The notes under the pieces: generated by a model
The model's database searches: none
Told to the model about the DNA's origin: nothing
The model's input: only the letters and a program-made list of their open reading frames with translations
Translations under genes and position numbers: made by a program
Part shown: positions 1 through 9,331 of the stretch, in pieces
How the letters are laid out: each line of letters opens with the position of its first letter
Numbering within the stretch: position 1 is the stretch's first letter
Origin: a virus
Lineage: Duplodnaviria; Caudoviricetes
Virus record (IMG/VR): IMGVR_UViG_3300020129_000380
Coordinates: 1 to 63,349 of that record
Strand: one strand, 5' to 3'
Length of the DNA stretch: 63,349 nt

Positions 1-127
1 CGATTCCATGCTGAATGTCTTTCCCTTGTTCTGTTGCAGAGCGTACTGGTAGGCGGCTTCGTCAATCATCCCCCAGCCCCTTTGAACGCGGTGCGGATGA
101 TGCTTTGCACGTCACTGAGCTTTACCC
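1..127. repeat. Terminal direct repeat, left copy (circularisation overlap)
   Basis: 1-127 is identical to 63223-63349; 127 bp is a typical assembler k-mer overlap; the ORF 63094..63291 reads into the repeat and overlaps the stop of ORF 66..926. Confidence 0.95.
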
Positions 128-926
128 ATTCGCGTTTACGCTTTGTGCTCGGGGAATAGCCTAACGATTCTAATGTCGCCTCCAGCCCCTTCATATCGAC
201 GGTGGCGGGGAATTGTATCACGCCATCATCCTTTTGCTTGTCGCTACTCGATTTGTCGCAAGTGGGCTTTATGCTAGCCGAAGAACACGCCGCACCTTCT
301 TTCGATTGGTGGGGGATGGTGTCGTAGTTGGCGGAGGGGTTCTGGCTGCCAGATTCGACCTCATCCTTACGGGTAGAGACACCCTCCATATTATTATCCC
401 CCGCAAGAACGTGTCCCAAAGCATCTTCAAGCTTCGACTGCGCCCATTCAACGATATGCTTAGGAATGACGTTACGATGATTCATGATTACGCCGAGGGC
501 GGTGTTCATGGTTTTAAGCGTTTCAATAGAAGCCGCAGGAACGTGTCCCATCTCGACGACATTTGTGTCGTGAACATCTGGCAAGCTATTGGCTTTGCTT
601 GATTCACTACTGGCAGGAACGTGTCCCAGGGCGGCGATAGCGGCGACTTCCGCCCAGTATTTAAGATTCGTGTCAAATGGATACTTGTCGAACGGTATTC
701 GTGACCATGCCAATGATATTTTCTGTCTGACAGCATCAATGTCCTCATCACCCCGGCCTTCCATGGCGGATTTCCAACCGGCTACAAAATGGTCGCGTGC
801 ATATTCAGCCCCTTGCTGCTCCCAATCAAGACCGGATTCACGTTCAAACGCCTCTCGGCACCGAATCAACTCATCACCGTCCGTGGTGGGGTTAGTGGGG
901 GTTGGGCTACTCATTGTCATGCTCAC
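66..926 (-). CDS. Hypothetical early phage protein with internal GHV repeats
   Basis: 286-aa ORF overlapping its neighbours in a leftward early operon. Confidence 0.6.
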   Translation of the reverse strand: MSMTMSSPTPTNPTTDGDELIRCREAFERESGLDWEQQGAEYARDHFVAGWKSAMEGRGDEDIDAVRQKISLAWSRIPFDKYPFDTNLKYWAEVAAIAALGHVPASSESSKANSLPDVHDTNVVEMGHVPAASIETLKTMNTALGVIMNHRNVIPKHIVEWAQSKLEDALGHVLAGDNNMEGVSTRKDEVESGSQNPSANYDTIPHQSKEGAACSSASIKPTCDKSSSDKQKDDGVIQFPATVDMKGLEATLESLGYSPSTKRKREWVKLSDVQSIIRTAFKGAGG

Positions 927-1209
927 GTCTCCATTTTAACTCAGCTTCAAGCTGCACCTTCAATCGCTCATGCTCTTCAAGAAGCTTACGCATCTCGAAA
1001 TCTTGAGGCCGCACTTCACAAACAGTACCCATGCCGAAAGTGGCAAGCTTATATCCTTCTTTCTCATCAAAGCAGATAAACCAATCGCCTATCTTTTCCG
1101 CCTGCATCATGACGTATCGGCCTTGGCAGAATATCTCGCGCTTATTTATCGCATCCATACCATCTCTCCTCGTGGGTGAATTATCGTCCATAACCTTTTC
1201 CCTTCTCAT
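907..1209 (-). CDS. Hypothetical phage protein
   Basis: ORF in tightly packed minus-strand operon. Confidence 0.55.
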   Translation of the reverse strand: MRREKVMDDNSPTRRDGMDAINKREIFCQGRYVMMQAEKIGDWFICFDEKEGYKLATFGMGTVCEVRPQDFEMRKLLEEHERLKVQLEAELKWRREHDNE

Positions 1210-1295
1210 TATCCATCACCACTTGCATCATCACCACCAACGCCGCTAGGAACGCAGCCGTTACGGCTAGGTCGCCGGGTGGGAAATGGCTGGGG

Positions 1296-1616
1296 TTACT
1301 CGGCATGGGGCGGCTCCAGCAGCTTAAGGGTTTCACGAGCTACCCGCCCCTCGTTCCAACGCTTAGTGCCAATATATTCTCGATAGGCGTAGTATTCCAA
1401 CGCCTCCACCACCTTATCGAGATGCACGAGCGATGAGGCGTCGAAGGCGGCTTGGGCTAAACTCATGCTCTCGTGAAAAGCTAGAGATGATTTCGGGTAA
1501 TCGTCAGCCAATTCACCAAACCGGTTGTCATGAATATTATCAGCCATTGCGCGAATCTGAGAGTTGCGGAAGTGGGCGGTCATGGCTTTATCCTTTGCTC
1601 TTCCGCTACTATGCAT
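1296..1616 (-). CDS. Hypothetical phage protein
   Basis: ORF in minus-strand operon; VEALEYYA is typical of small early phage proteins. Confidence 0.55.
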   Translation of the reverse strand: MHSSGRAKDKAMTAHFRNSQIRAMADNIHDNRFGELADDYPKSSLAFHESMSLAQAAFDASSLVHLDKVVEALEYYAYREYIGTKRWNEGRVARETLKLLEPPHAE

Positions 1617-1783
1617 CCTTCAACCGGATTAGGCCATACACGCCCCTCATAATCGTAGAATTGCGGAATGCCTAAAATATTCTTATGTTCGGATTCAAGT
1701 AGCTTATCCATATCTTCCGAATCACGTTGCACAAGCTCGTGAACGAATGCTGTAGCTGGTATTATTGCAAATCGTCGCATCAC
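1580..1783 (-). CDS. Hypothetical phage protein
   Basis: Overlapping ORF in operon. Confidence 0.45.
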   Translation of the reverse strand: MMRRFAIIPATAFVHELVQRDSEDMDKLLESEHKNILGIPQFYDYEGRVWPNPVEGCIVAEEQRIKP

Positions 1784-2013
1784 TATTCTCCTTCCGTCTT
1801 TGTTTCAGTAGGGGGCTTTATTTTCAACGCTCGGCAAATATCGGCGCGTCCGGCTGTAAATGATGCCGTCACCCGTCCGCCGCCCCAAGGCTTGTTTCCG
1901 GCTATTCTATAATCGTTCATATATACCGATGCCCCTTCTACGCCCGATACAATCTCAATTGTTACAATGTCGCCCATATCACTTCCCCTCGCTGGTGGTT
2001 GTGGGTGGTTCAT
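1783..2013 (-). CDS. Hypothetical phage protein
   Basis: ORF with YRIAGNKPWGGG motif, packed in operon. Confidence 0.55.
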   Translation of the reverse strand: MNHPQPPARGSDMGDIVTIEIVSGVEGASVYMNDYRIAGNKPWGGGRVTASFTAGRADICRALKIKPPTETKTEGE

Positions 2014-2161
2014 CGCCCATTATTTTCCATGCAGACGCAGCTATGCGTAAATCCTGTCGAACGGCCTCTTTGTAACGCTCCAGGCTTCCACCCGTTATTT
2101 GAAGCGGTTTTGCGTCGAGTATACGTTGCAAGGCCATCTCTATCTTGTCTTTTCGTGTCAC
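1979..2161 (-). CDS. Hypothetical phage protein
   Basis: Stop/start overlap with neighbours. Confidence 0.5.
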   Translation of the reverse strand: MTRKDKIEMALQRILDAKPLQITGGSLERYKEAVRQDLRIAASAWKIMGDEPPTTTSEGK

Positions 2162-2637
2162 GCCTCATCTCCCTTCAAAATGCTCCGATACCGGCGGCTG
2201 GAGGCTTGCCATCCTATCCACGCCTGATGATGCCCAAATTCCTCATATAAATTGCGTTCAGGCACCCATATTAACTCTTCTTGAAACCTCTCATAATGCC
2301 ACTCCTCAAACGCCTTCCGTTCATCCACGTCGTCTATGGTGGAGGCTAGATGGGTTACAACCAAATCCGCCACATCAGCACTTATATGCCGTGCAACATC
2401 CTCTCTTAAATCTGCCTCTGTAGGCTCATTGGAATGGTAGGTCTGCCTCGCGGTGAGAAATACCTTACGCATTCTAAACTCACTGTCGAACAGAAACTCC
2501 TGTACAGCTTTTCTCGCCCTATCGTCCGCGTCGGCCTTGATGGTTTTGATGTCGGGTGGGGTCATGGCAGCAGCCCAATTCCACAAATAGCCACGCCCAA
2601 CAAGCTTATCTCGAAAACGAATGAGAACAAAGCCCAT
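2158..2637 (-). CDS. Hypothetical phage protein
   Basis: ORF with ERKAFEEW...AWIGWQA motif common in small phage proteins; true start probably internal (MTPPDIK). Confidence 0.55.
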   Translation of the reverse strand: MGFVLIRFRDKLVGRGYLWNWAAAMTPPDIKTIKADADDRARKAVQEFLFDSEFRMRKVFLTARQTYHSNEPTEADLREDVARHISADVADLVVTHLASTIDDVDERKAFEEWHYERFQEELIWVPERNLYEEFGHHQAWIGWQASSRRYRSILKGDEA

Positions 2638-2728
2638 CGAAAATCAGCCGATTTGAAATATACTTTACAGTCCATCACCCTATCTCCCATTCCCCCTCCT
2701 CGGCGTGTTGCTGGTTGCGGTTTGTTGG

Positions 2729-3028
2729 TCATAAGCCGTACTTAATCTGGTATGCTTTCCACGCTTTATCGCCCTCGGCACAGCTTACCCGTCGATATTT
2801 ACGCACGACAAATTCCAACTCTGATACCCGCTTCCTCTCCTCCGCACGGGCTTCGGATATGGCGGCGTCAATGTATTTGGAAAGTGATAATACTGTATCC
2901 GTCAACATCCTATACCTATACTTGTCAGCAATTTCCTGCCCTTTCGTAATGCTATCTCCCACGCCCCCTCCCTTTCCCCGGAACCCGGCTAATTTCAAGC
3001 CCGTCATATTCTTCCGGTTGTAAATCAT
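2729..3028 (-). CDS. Hypothetical phage protein
   Basis: ORF in operon; start uncertain. Confidence 0.4.
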   Translation of the reverse strand: MIYNRKNMTGLKLAGFRGKGGGVGDSITKGQEIADKYRYRMLTDTVLSLSKYIDAAISEARAEERKRVSELEFVVRKYRRVSCAEGDKAWKAYQIKYGL

Positions 3029-3389
3029 CAGCCTGGCCCAAGACTCCCGCCAGCCCCGGCTTTATCGCAGCGTCCTCTAGCAGGGATGCGAGTTCCTGCG
3101 TTGTGGGAACGGTAGGGATGAGGGTGTCGATCGGTTTGCGTTCGGTCATAACAGCCACTCACTAATAACCACGCCGATGGAGAAGAACAACGCATAAAAC
3201 AGGGGAACCCACTGCCGATAGCAAGCTGCCGTCGCAAAGCCAATTACGACAGCTCCATATATGGCACCCATTTCAAACTCATGTCCCGTCATAAAATCAC
3301 CCACACTAATGCCGCAATATACGGACCAAAGCCACAGATAATCAGCAGGCATAACAGTAAGGGATGTATGGCGTCTGTACCGTCTTTTG

Positions 3390-3575
3390 TCATGGCAGCC
3401 TCCATGCTTTAACCGCTTCTTTCGCAGCAAGTATATTCGGGTACTCTTTTTGCTCGATAATATGAGGTTCGCGGTATCGCTTGGCGCCGGCAGGAAGCGG
3501 CCTCGAAAGAAACGTTACCACCTTGCTTCCCGGTGGACGTGTGGCGTAGCATTTCAACTTGCTTGAGCCTTTCAT
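3390..3575 (-). CDS. Hypothetical phage protein
   Basis: ATGA overlap with upstream gene. Confidence 0.5.
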   Translation of the reverse strand: MKGSSKLKCYATRPPGSKVVTFLSRPLPAGAKRYREPHIIEQKEYPNILAAKEAVKAWRLP

Positions 3576-3898
3576 GGTGCCTCCTTTAGTGCAACTCGTT
3601 CACTTGCCGCCCGCGTCCGCCAAACATCGACGGATACCCGAGCACTGTCATAACGCACTCGCTTTACATTCGCATCTTTCCTCGCCGCCACCATGCCCCG
3701 GATATGCTTGTCGTACTTATCGTTTCGCAGGGCATATTGTTCCTTGGCAGCCTGTGACCCGTCGATCTCCGTCCCAAGCTGGGCAATCACCGTTTTCCGC
3801 AGCTCCTCAAGCAACTCCGCTTGTTCATTCGCTGCCGCCCATTCCTCGCCAAGCTTGCTTAGCCGCTCGTAAACGTTGTCGGGGGTGATTTGCATCAC
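3572..3898 (-). CDS. Coiled-coil protein, possibly a recombination mediator
   Basis: Helical 108-aa ORF ending WRT..ASER, within recombination cluster. Confidence 0.55.
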   Translation of the reverse strand: MMQITPDNVYERLSKLGEEWAAANEQAELLEELRKTVIAQLGTEIDGSQAAKEQYALRNDKYDKHIRGMVAARKDANVKRVRYDSARVSVDVWRTRAASERVALKEAP

Positions 3899-4074
3899 GG
3901 AGCCTCGGGTTTGCCTTGCTTGGGCTTATGACGTCCCGAAAATCCCTTGCCCGACTTCGCTGGCCAAGCCGCAAACTCGTTCACTTTGCCGTCGATCTCG
4001 ATGAACCCGCGAAAATGCGGCTTCTTGTTCGAAGTATCCTCGCAGGCGTAGAAATTGATCTTGCCTTCAGCCAT
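3895..4074 (-). CDS. Small putative ssDNA-binding protein (OB-fold, DUF736-like)
   Basis: Not in ORF track; translated by hand as MAEGKINFYACEDTSNKKPHFRGFIEIDGKVNEFAAWPAKSGKGFSG...; AGGAGG RBS; next to recombinase. Confidence 0.55.
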   Translation of the reverse strand: MAEGKINFYACEDTSNKKPHFRGFIEIDGKVNEFAAWPAKSGKGFSGRHKPKQGKPEAP

Positions 4075-4082
4075 AAGTCCTC

Positions 4083-4769
4083 CTATCTGATTGCAATGGT
4101 TTCTTTCTCGAATATCCGCAAGCCGGGGATTTCCCTTGCTCCGGCACGGATGGCCTGATTGACCTTCACCTGATCGAGCAAGAGATATTCCTTCGGCACC
4201 TGCCCAATATCAACCAGCTCACCCGTCCAGACCTTCTTGACCGTGCTCGTCGCCCCGGTTTGGCCATACGTCGTCGGCTTAAAGCTCGACACCACCGCAG
4301 CGGCAATTACTTCGGCAACGGGCATAGGCGCCCGGTCAAGTTCATCGCCAGATTCGTCCACGGCACGAGCATTCTCTTCCTCTTGCTTCTTTCGAGCCTC
4401 TTCCTCGCGTTGACGCTGTTCCGCTTCCAGCCTCTTGCGTTCCTCTTCCGCTTCCAGAGCCTCTTTTTGCTGGAAGGTCAACATCTTTGCTTTCAATACT
4501 GATTCCGCTTCGAGCAACGGCGCCCGCATCGCCTTAAACCGGCCATTGATAGCATCAACCCCGTCGTTAAACGGCTTCACCAGTCGCTTGCGTTCATCCT
4601 CGATGTCCCTGGCCCTGTCCTTGATGGCCTTCACCAAGTCCGTTGCATGGCTCAGGTCTGGCCGGGTGAAGATTGCAACGCTATCCGCAGCCTCGCAAAG
4701 CTCCGTAACCGTTGACCTCAGTTGCACTTCCGTATCGTTTTCATCCGTGATTAATGCTAGATTTGGCAT
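4083..4769 (-). CDS. Recombination-associated coiled-coil protein (Gp157/Gam-like)
   Basis: Long coiled coil with C-terminal VPKEYLLLD...GAREIPGLRIFE motif; strong RBS. Confidence 0.65.
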   Translation of the reverse strand: MPNLALITDENDTEVQLRSTVTELCEAADSVAIFTRPDLSHATDLVKAIKDRARDIEDERKRLVKPFNDGVDAINGRFKAMRAPLLEAESVLKAKMLTFQQKEALEAEEERKRLEAEQRQREEEARKKQEEENARAVDESGDELDRAPMPVAEVIAAAVVSSFKPTTYGQTGATSTVKKVWTGELVDIGQVPKEYLLLDQVKVNQAIRAGAREIPGLRIFEKETIAIR

Positions 4770-4778
4770 GTTCTCCTC

Positions 4779-5573
4779 CTATTTCAATGCGTTTGCCATT
4801 TTGTTAAACTCGTCTCCAATCGCCTTGAAAAGATCGGGACGTTCCTTCTCCATCACCCGCAGCGTCTTGGCATTCGCCCGGTTCCACAAAGAGATTTCTT
4901 GCAGGTTTTTTGCTCCTTGGATTTTCACTTCCAGAATCGTGGCGAACTCATCAAAATCCAAATCCCCGCTGGCAGTTACCGGAGCCGGGATGACATATTC
5001 ATCCTTATAAGGCCGCAGGGGGTCGCTAGGCCGATACTCCGCTTTAGCCACTTCTTGCACTTCAGCCAGCACCTCACCAGCCACCTTCGCAGCCGCCGGG
5101 ATACTCTCGACTTCCGTTTCATCGAGCATCCCAAGCCCGCAGATTGAAAGCGTCACACGCCGTTTTGCTTTCGTTACGGCCTTGAGAATCGCATTTACCC
5201 GTGCCTCGCCTTTTAGGCTTTCAGGCAAAGGCACCGCCCCGAAATCTTCATCCTGCCGACCATCGCCACCCTTCGCCCGGACATGAATGATGAGCAAATC
5301 GTTTTCAAACTTCTGATCGACGATTTCCAGGGATATGTTGTTTATCTTCCGAAGCTGTTCCGTTGCTCCACGCAATGCGTAAAGCACCAGCTTGCCATTC
5401 AACGTGATATACTCGAAAGGCTTTGTCAGCGGATTAAGCCCGAGGCTTTCGCACACGTTCTTGTAATACATCACCCGGTCTTGCTCTGATAAGAGTGCCA
5501 GGTTGCCCTTCGTAATTACTTGTTCGAGAACCGCCCCCGCGTTTTGTGTTGCTTGTGCTACTGCGTTTGTCAT
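4779..5573 (-). CDS. Single-strand annealing recombinase (Bet/RecT-like)
   Basis: GLNPLTKPF...NAILKAVTKAKRRVTLSICGLG motifs; AGGAGG RBS upstream of ATG at 5573. Confidence 0.7.
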   Translation of the reverse strand: MTNAVAQATQNAGAVLEQVITKGNLALLSEQDRVMYYKNVCESLGLNPLTKPFEYITLNGKLVLYALRGATEQLRKINNISLEIVDQKFENDLLIIHVRAKGGDGRQDEDFGAVPLPESLKGEARVNAILKAVTKAKRRVTLSICGLGMLDETEVESIPAAAKVAGEVLAEVQEVAKAEYRPSDPLRPYKDEYVIPAPVTASGDLDFDEFATILEVKIQGAKNLQEISLWNRANAKTLRVMEKERPDLFKAIGDEFNKMANALK

Positions 5574-5580
5574 TTCACTT

Positions 5581-5660
5581 CCTCCTTGACTGAACGTGAT
5601 TACTCTGCCAGTCTTAGCACCAACAAATCCTTCGCGCAACAGAAAAGTGAAAGAACTGAA
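5581..5660. promoter_or_regulatory. Divergent control region 1
   Basis: Leftward TTGCGC-N17-TAAGAC promoter; lies between recombinase and HTH gene. Confidence 0.55.
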
Positions 5661-5834
5661 ATGATGATAGATTGCAAGGAAATGATTAGGCTTGCTACGG
5701 TTAAATGGGGCGATGATTACAAAATCAGAAAGGCGACTGGCATCAGCCTAACAACCATATGGAGGATGCGACGCGGTGATTTCAATTTCCATGCAAAGAC
5801 GGTTGGAAAGCTGGTGAAAGCCCTCAACGAATGA
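5661..5834 (+). CDS. Small Cro-like HTH regulator
   Basis: KATGISLTTIWRMRRG helix-turn-helix. Confidence 0.65.
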   Translation: MMIDCKEMIRLATVKWGDDYKIRKATGISLTTIWRMRRGDFNFHAKTVGKLVKALNE

Positions 5835-6124
5835 CCGACGCACCCGATAACCTCACGCTCGACGAAGTAGAATCATGGAGAGTCAATGCCAAGCTTCCAA
5901 TTGTTATCCAGCTGGCAACGCAACTCGCCGACACCATGCGTGAGAACGAGCGGTTGAGACTCGATTACAATATGGCAATGATGACTGTCGAGCATTCTCT
6001 CAAACCACACAAATATTTGATGGACGGCGGATGCCAAATGCCAAAAACAGTCATTAATGGCCATTGTGCTGTATGTGGCTCCCCTAAAAGAACCTGTCAG
6101 CCTCAGCCGCTGGTTTCCAAATGA
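5831..6124 (+). CDS. Hypothetical protein with C-terminal Cys cluster
   Basis: ATGA overlaps on both sides; CAVCG. Confidence 0.55.
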   Translation: MTDAPDNLTLDEVESWRVNAKLPIVIQLATQLADTMRENERLRLDYNMAMMTVEHSLKPHKYLMDGGCQMPKTVINGHCAVCGSPKRTCQPQPLVSK

Positions 6125-6447
6125 CCAAGCTCCCCCGCCCCCTCTCCATCGGCGAAGAACTGCTTGCCCAGCAGCTCAAGGCGTATGGCGTCGAGTTTAA
6201 CCGTCAATATGTTTTTCACCCCGGCAGGAAATGGAGATTCGATTTTCAACTTCCACTTAGATACATCGCAATCGAGGTGGAGGGCGGATTATTCGTGAAA
6301 GGCCGCCATTCTCGCGGCAAATCTTATGAGGCCGATCTTCGTAAATATAATCAAGCCACCATCAATGGATACCGCCTTCTGAGGTACTCAACCGACATGG
6401 TGAAGTCCGGCGAGGCCATCAAGCAAATAATGGAGTTCATCGAATGA
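6121..6447 (+). CDS. PD-(D/E)xK nuclease (Vsr/DUF559-like)
   Basis: FHPGRKWRFDF...IAIEVEGG...GRH...KYNQA motif. Confidence 0.8.
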   Translation: MTKLPRPLSIGEELLAQQLKAYGVEFNRQYVFHPGRKWRFDFQLPLRYIAIEVEGGLFVKGRHSRGKSYEADLRKYNQATINGYRLLRYSTDMVKSGEAIKQIMEFIE

Positions 6448-6680
6448 CACAATGCCCCACATGCCACCAGCCACTACCCCTTGCCGCGGCCTTCCCCCGC
6501 GATTTGCCGCCTGTCGTGCAACTCGCACCCCCCTGGACACCCTATGAGGCCGACCGTCCGCCGGCATCACCCGAGGAACTCGCCCACACTAGCCGCACAC
6601 TGGAAGCTTACGAAGCAGGCCGCCCTGGAGGCCACTGGCAAGCCCACTTATTCAACCAGAAAACCGGAGAAGTCCTATGA
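6444..6680 (+). CDS. Hypothetical phage protein
   Basis: ATGA overlap; CPTC. Confidence 0.45.
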   Translation: MTQCPTCHQPLPLAAAFPRDLPPVVQLAPPWTPYEADRPPASPEELAHTSRTLEAYEAGRPGGHWQAHLFNQKTGEVL

Positions 6681-6909
6681 AGCCCTTTCTGAAACTTTGC
6701 CTCATTCGTATGCCTATAAGCCTTGTTACTATCGTGGCACTCGCTGCCACCCTACAGCCGCCTGATGGCTGGCAATTCATCTGCCTCATATCCTTCAGTT
6801 TTTGCCTGGGCTGGGCATCATGACCGAACCCCGAGCACCAAAGTTCAGCTCCCTCCATCTCCGCTCCCACGATCCCAAGACCCTGGCATAAAACCGCGAT
6901 AAATAGTCG

Positions 6910-7055
6910 TTGCAAAGTTATAAAAACGGCGTATTGTGGTCGGACTGTTTACTGTTGGAGGCAGATTCATTGTGAAACGTCCCTTAATTCTCTGACCTTA
7001 TGGCCGTGCGGCAGCACGTCCAACAGCGTGTTGTCGCCCGGTCACCAAGGCGTTT
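6910..7055 (+). promoter_or_regulatory. Promoter and structured 5' leader of the replication operon
   Basis: TTGCAA-N16-TATTGT (6910-6937); 11-bp hairpin 7008-7037 whose loop TCCAACAG is complementary to CTGTTGGA at 6952-6959. Confidence 0.6.
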
Positions 7056-7856
7056 ATGGCAGAATTTCCCGCGCTACCGCTTTTTACGGACGCGCTTTTG
7101 GCGGACACCGCCCACCTATCCCATGAAGAATTTGGGGCTTACCTTCGCTTGCTGATTCTTGAATGGCGTACTGCCGGGTGCAAACTTCCGGCAGATGCCA
7201 TGTGGCATATGCGGCGGCTTGGGGCAAATGAAAGCGAATACAAACGGTTATTTGAACCGCTCCTAAACGAGTTCTTTCAAGGTGACGGCAACTACCTATT
7301 CCAGAAGCGACTCATCAAAGAGTTCAACTACCTCCGCGACCAAAGTCAAAAACAGAGCGCTCGGGCTAAGTCACGGTGGAATAAGCATAAGACATCATGC
7401 CGCAGCGATGCCGCAAGTGGCAATGCCCCCCACCCCACCCCACCTATACCACTTAAAGAAAGTAAGAAAGAACCCCCTTTATCCCCCAGTGATGAACCAT
7501 TTGAACAATTCTGGAAAGAATTCCCTCCCCAGAGAAAAGGAAACAAGCAAAAAGCACGAACTGCTTGGGTAGCCGCTTTAACCCGTGCATCAAAGGAGAA
7601 AATCTATGAATCAGCCAAAAGTTATGCAGCCTCCGATGAGGTTGCCCGAGGTTTCGCCAAAGGTGCAGCCGCATGGCTTGCCGACGATCGATGGGACGTT
7701 GACTACGGAACACGAACGAGTCCTAGGAGCACTGGAAACAGCGATGATACCCGACCCAACGCTAAAGACTCTGGGCGAGACGTTGCCAGCCCTGCCAAGT
7801 CAAAATGGGTCTCAGCAGCAGACGAATACATCGCCAAGCACTCACAACCAGGCTGA
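7056..7856 (+). CDS. Replication initiator, DUF1376/YdaU family
   Basis: MAEFPALPLFTDALLADTAHLSHEEFGAYLRLL N-terminus; FEQFWKEFP C-terminal domain. Confidence 0.85.
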   Translation: MAEFPALPLFTDALLADTAHLSHEEFGAYLRLLILEWRTAGCKLPADAMWHMRRLGANESEYKRLFEPLLNEFFQGDGNYLFQKRLIKEFNYLRDQSQKQSARAKSRWNKHKTSCRSDAASGNAPHPTPPIPLKESKKEPPLSPSDEPFEQFWKEFPPQRKGNKQKARTAWVAALTRASKEKIYESAKSYAASDEVARGFAKGAAAWLADDRWDVDYGTRTSPRSTGNSDDTRPNAKDSGRDVASPAKSKWVSAADEYIAKHSQPG

Positions 7857-8292
7857 CAAGAACGAACTGGCAAAAACCTTGGCTATCGTCTGCGCCCTGC
7901 AAAAGCAATACGGCAAAACTCCAGCCGAGTTTGAATTGCTGGTTGAAGGCTTCTCTCGCGTTTTGAAGTATTATCCGATGAAGCAAATCATCGAAGCTAT
8001 CGACAAATTCACCCTGAAGAACCCCGGCATTCCTTCCCCGGCTGACATCGAAACCATAATCAATCCGCCATTACCGAAAATCGATTGGCCGTTCTATATT
8101 ACCTTGAATAAAAAGCGGATTGATAGTAATTATAACTATTACCTAAGCCCGGAGGAAAAACAATTCATGCGAAACTGCGAAGATTTGGCAATCCTTCGTC
8201 AGCGTGGCGAAATGGAGAATTACGACAACGCCCAGCGGCAGATTGAGCAGCACAAAGCCTTGATGATTACGAGCGATGGAGATGCGGCATGA
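7744..8292 (+). CDS. Putative helicase loader/inhibitor-like replication protein
   Basis: Follows initiator; IIEAIDKF...PSPADI motif; start uncertain (track ORF from 7585). Confidence 0.55.
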   Translation: MIPDPTLKTLGETLPALPSQNGSQQQTNTSPSTHNQADKNELAKTLAIVCALQKQYGKTPAEFELLVEGFSRVLKYYPMKQIIEAIDKFTLKNPGIPSPADIETIINPPLPKIDWPFYITLNKKRIDSNYNYYLSPEEKQFMRNCEDLAILRQRGEMENYDNAQRQIEQHKALMITSDGDAA

Positions 8293-8474
8293 GTGATTAT
8301 TATGCAAAGTTCGATGGTTTGCTAATGACTCTGCTTGCTATCAGGGACGCTCACCCGGACATGAAATTACGCGCATTGATTAATCAACAGCTTGAGAAAT
8401 TCTGCCCCGACGAGCTTTCTGAATGCAATGAAACGATCAAGGCAATGAATGAATGCCAAGGCGGCATCACATGA
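8289..8474 (+). CDS. Hypothetical protein
   Basis: ATGA overlap. Confidence 0.45.
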   Translation: MSDYYAKFDGLLMTLLAIRDAHPDMKLRALINQQLEKFCPDELSECNETIKAMNECQGGIT

Positions 8475-8597
8475 AAACCAAATCCCCCATCCTCTCCCCC
8501 GAACAGCTTGCGTTCTACAAGTCAATCTGGAAGGCCGACGACATGGACGTTCCGGAAATCGGCATTCGTCCGCAAGTCCAGCTAACCTCTAAATCCC

Positions 8598-9017
8598 TTG
8601 CAAAGCTTACTCCCGAGAGATTTTGCGAACAGCGATATGACCGATTCTAACGCTCACAAACTCATTTACTGGCTTCGTCATGCCTGGTCTCGCCCTGACG
8701 CCAAATACAAATACATCACCTATCCAGAGGTCGATTGTATAAGACTTACTCTTCAACGTATTGCCTTCCCTGAAGAGAAACGTCTCAAACAAAACGCCAA
8801 GGCACGGCGAGATGCCCTGCAATTCTCGTTAGCCGATCCCATTCACGGGCATCTTGCAAGACACCGCCTAGCTGCAAAATGGTACAACAAGGGCTTTATC
8901 AGCCAACCAAATGTAAACGGCAAATATCGAGAGATACGCCGTAATGGGAAGTGGGAACTAACCGAATTTGGGAAACAATGTGCTTCCTACCGAGACAGCC
9001 GGGGTAAGGCCGCATGA
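8598..9017 (+). CDS. Hypothetical protein
   Basis: ORF in operon; likely start at MTDSNAH. Confidence 0.5.
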   Translation: MQSLLPRDFANSDMTDSNAHKLIYWLRHAWSRPDAKYKYITYPEVDCIRLTLQRIAFPEEKRLKQNAKARRDALQFSLADPIHGHLARHRLAAKWYNKGFISQPNVNGKYREIRRNGKWELTEFGKQCASYRDSRGKAA

Positions 9018-9331
9018 CCGATGACCTCGACGACCTTCTTAAGCTTGCCCGCCTCAAGGGAGCCGAGAGAAAGTACCTTGACTGGCTGAAAACCCAAAAG
9101 AGCGCTCTTTCCGGGCAGTTCAGCTGGGATGAAGGAACGCCGTTTTGCGAACCTGCCCATTGGCGAACATCCCGCTACTCAGGGGTTGCCCAGAAGCCCG
9201 AGTTTTTGGCGATACCGCTGACTCACGAAGAGCACGCCCTGCAACACCAAAAAGGGCAGAGCGTTATCGGAACCTGGGATTGGTGGAAATACCAGTGCAT
9301 GAAATACTTACGTTTGTGGATCACGTCATGA
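9014..9331 (+). CDS. DUF968-like HNH-related protein
   Basis: YLDWLKTQ...EPAH...GVAQKP...AIPLTHEEHALQH. Confidence 0.65.
   Translation: MTDDLDDLLKLARLKGAERKYLDWLKTQKSALSGQFSWDEGTPFCEPAHWRTSRYSGVAQKPEFLAIPLTHEEHALQHQKGQSVIGTWDWWKYQCMKYLRLWITS

Noticed and set aside
1-127. Terminal repeat as a biological direct terminal repeat of the virion DNA
   Set aside because: 127 bp matches a common assembler k-mer and falls within coding sequence; it shows circularity only
1210-1245. His-rich peptide on the + strand
   Set aside because: Antisense of a Val/Met-rich stretch in the minus-strand operon
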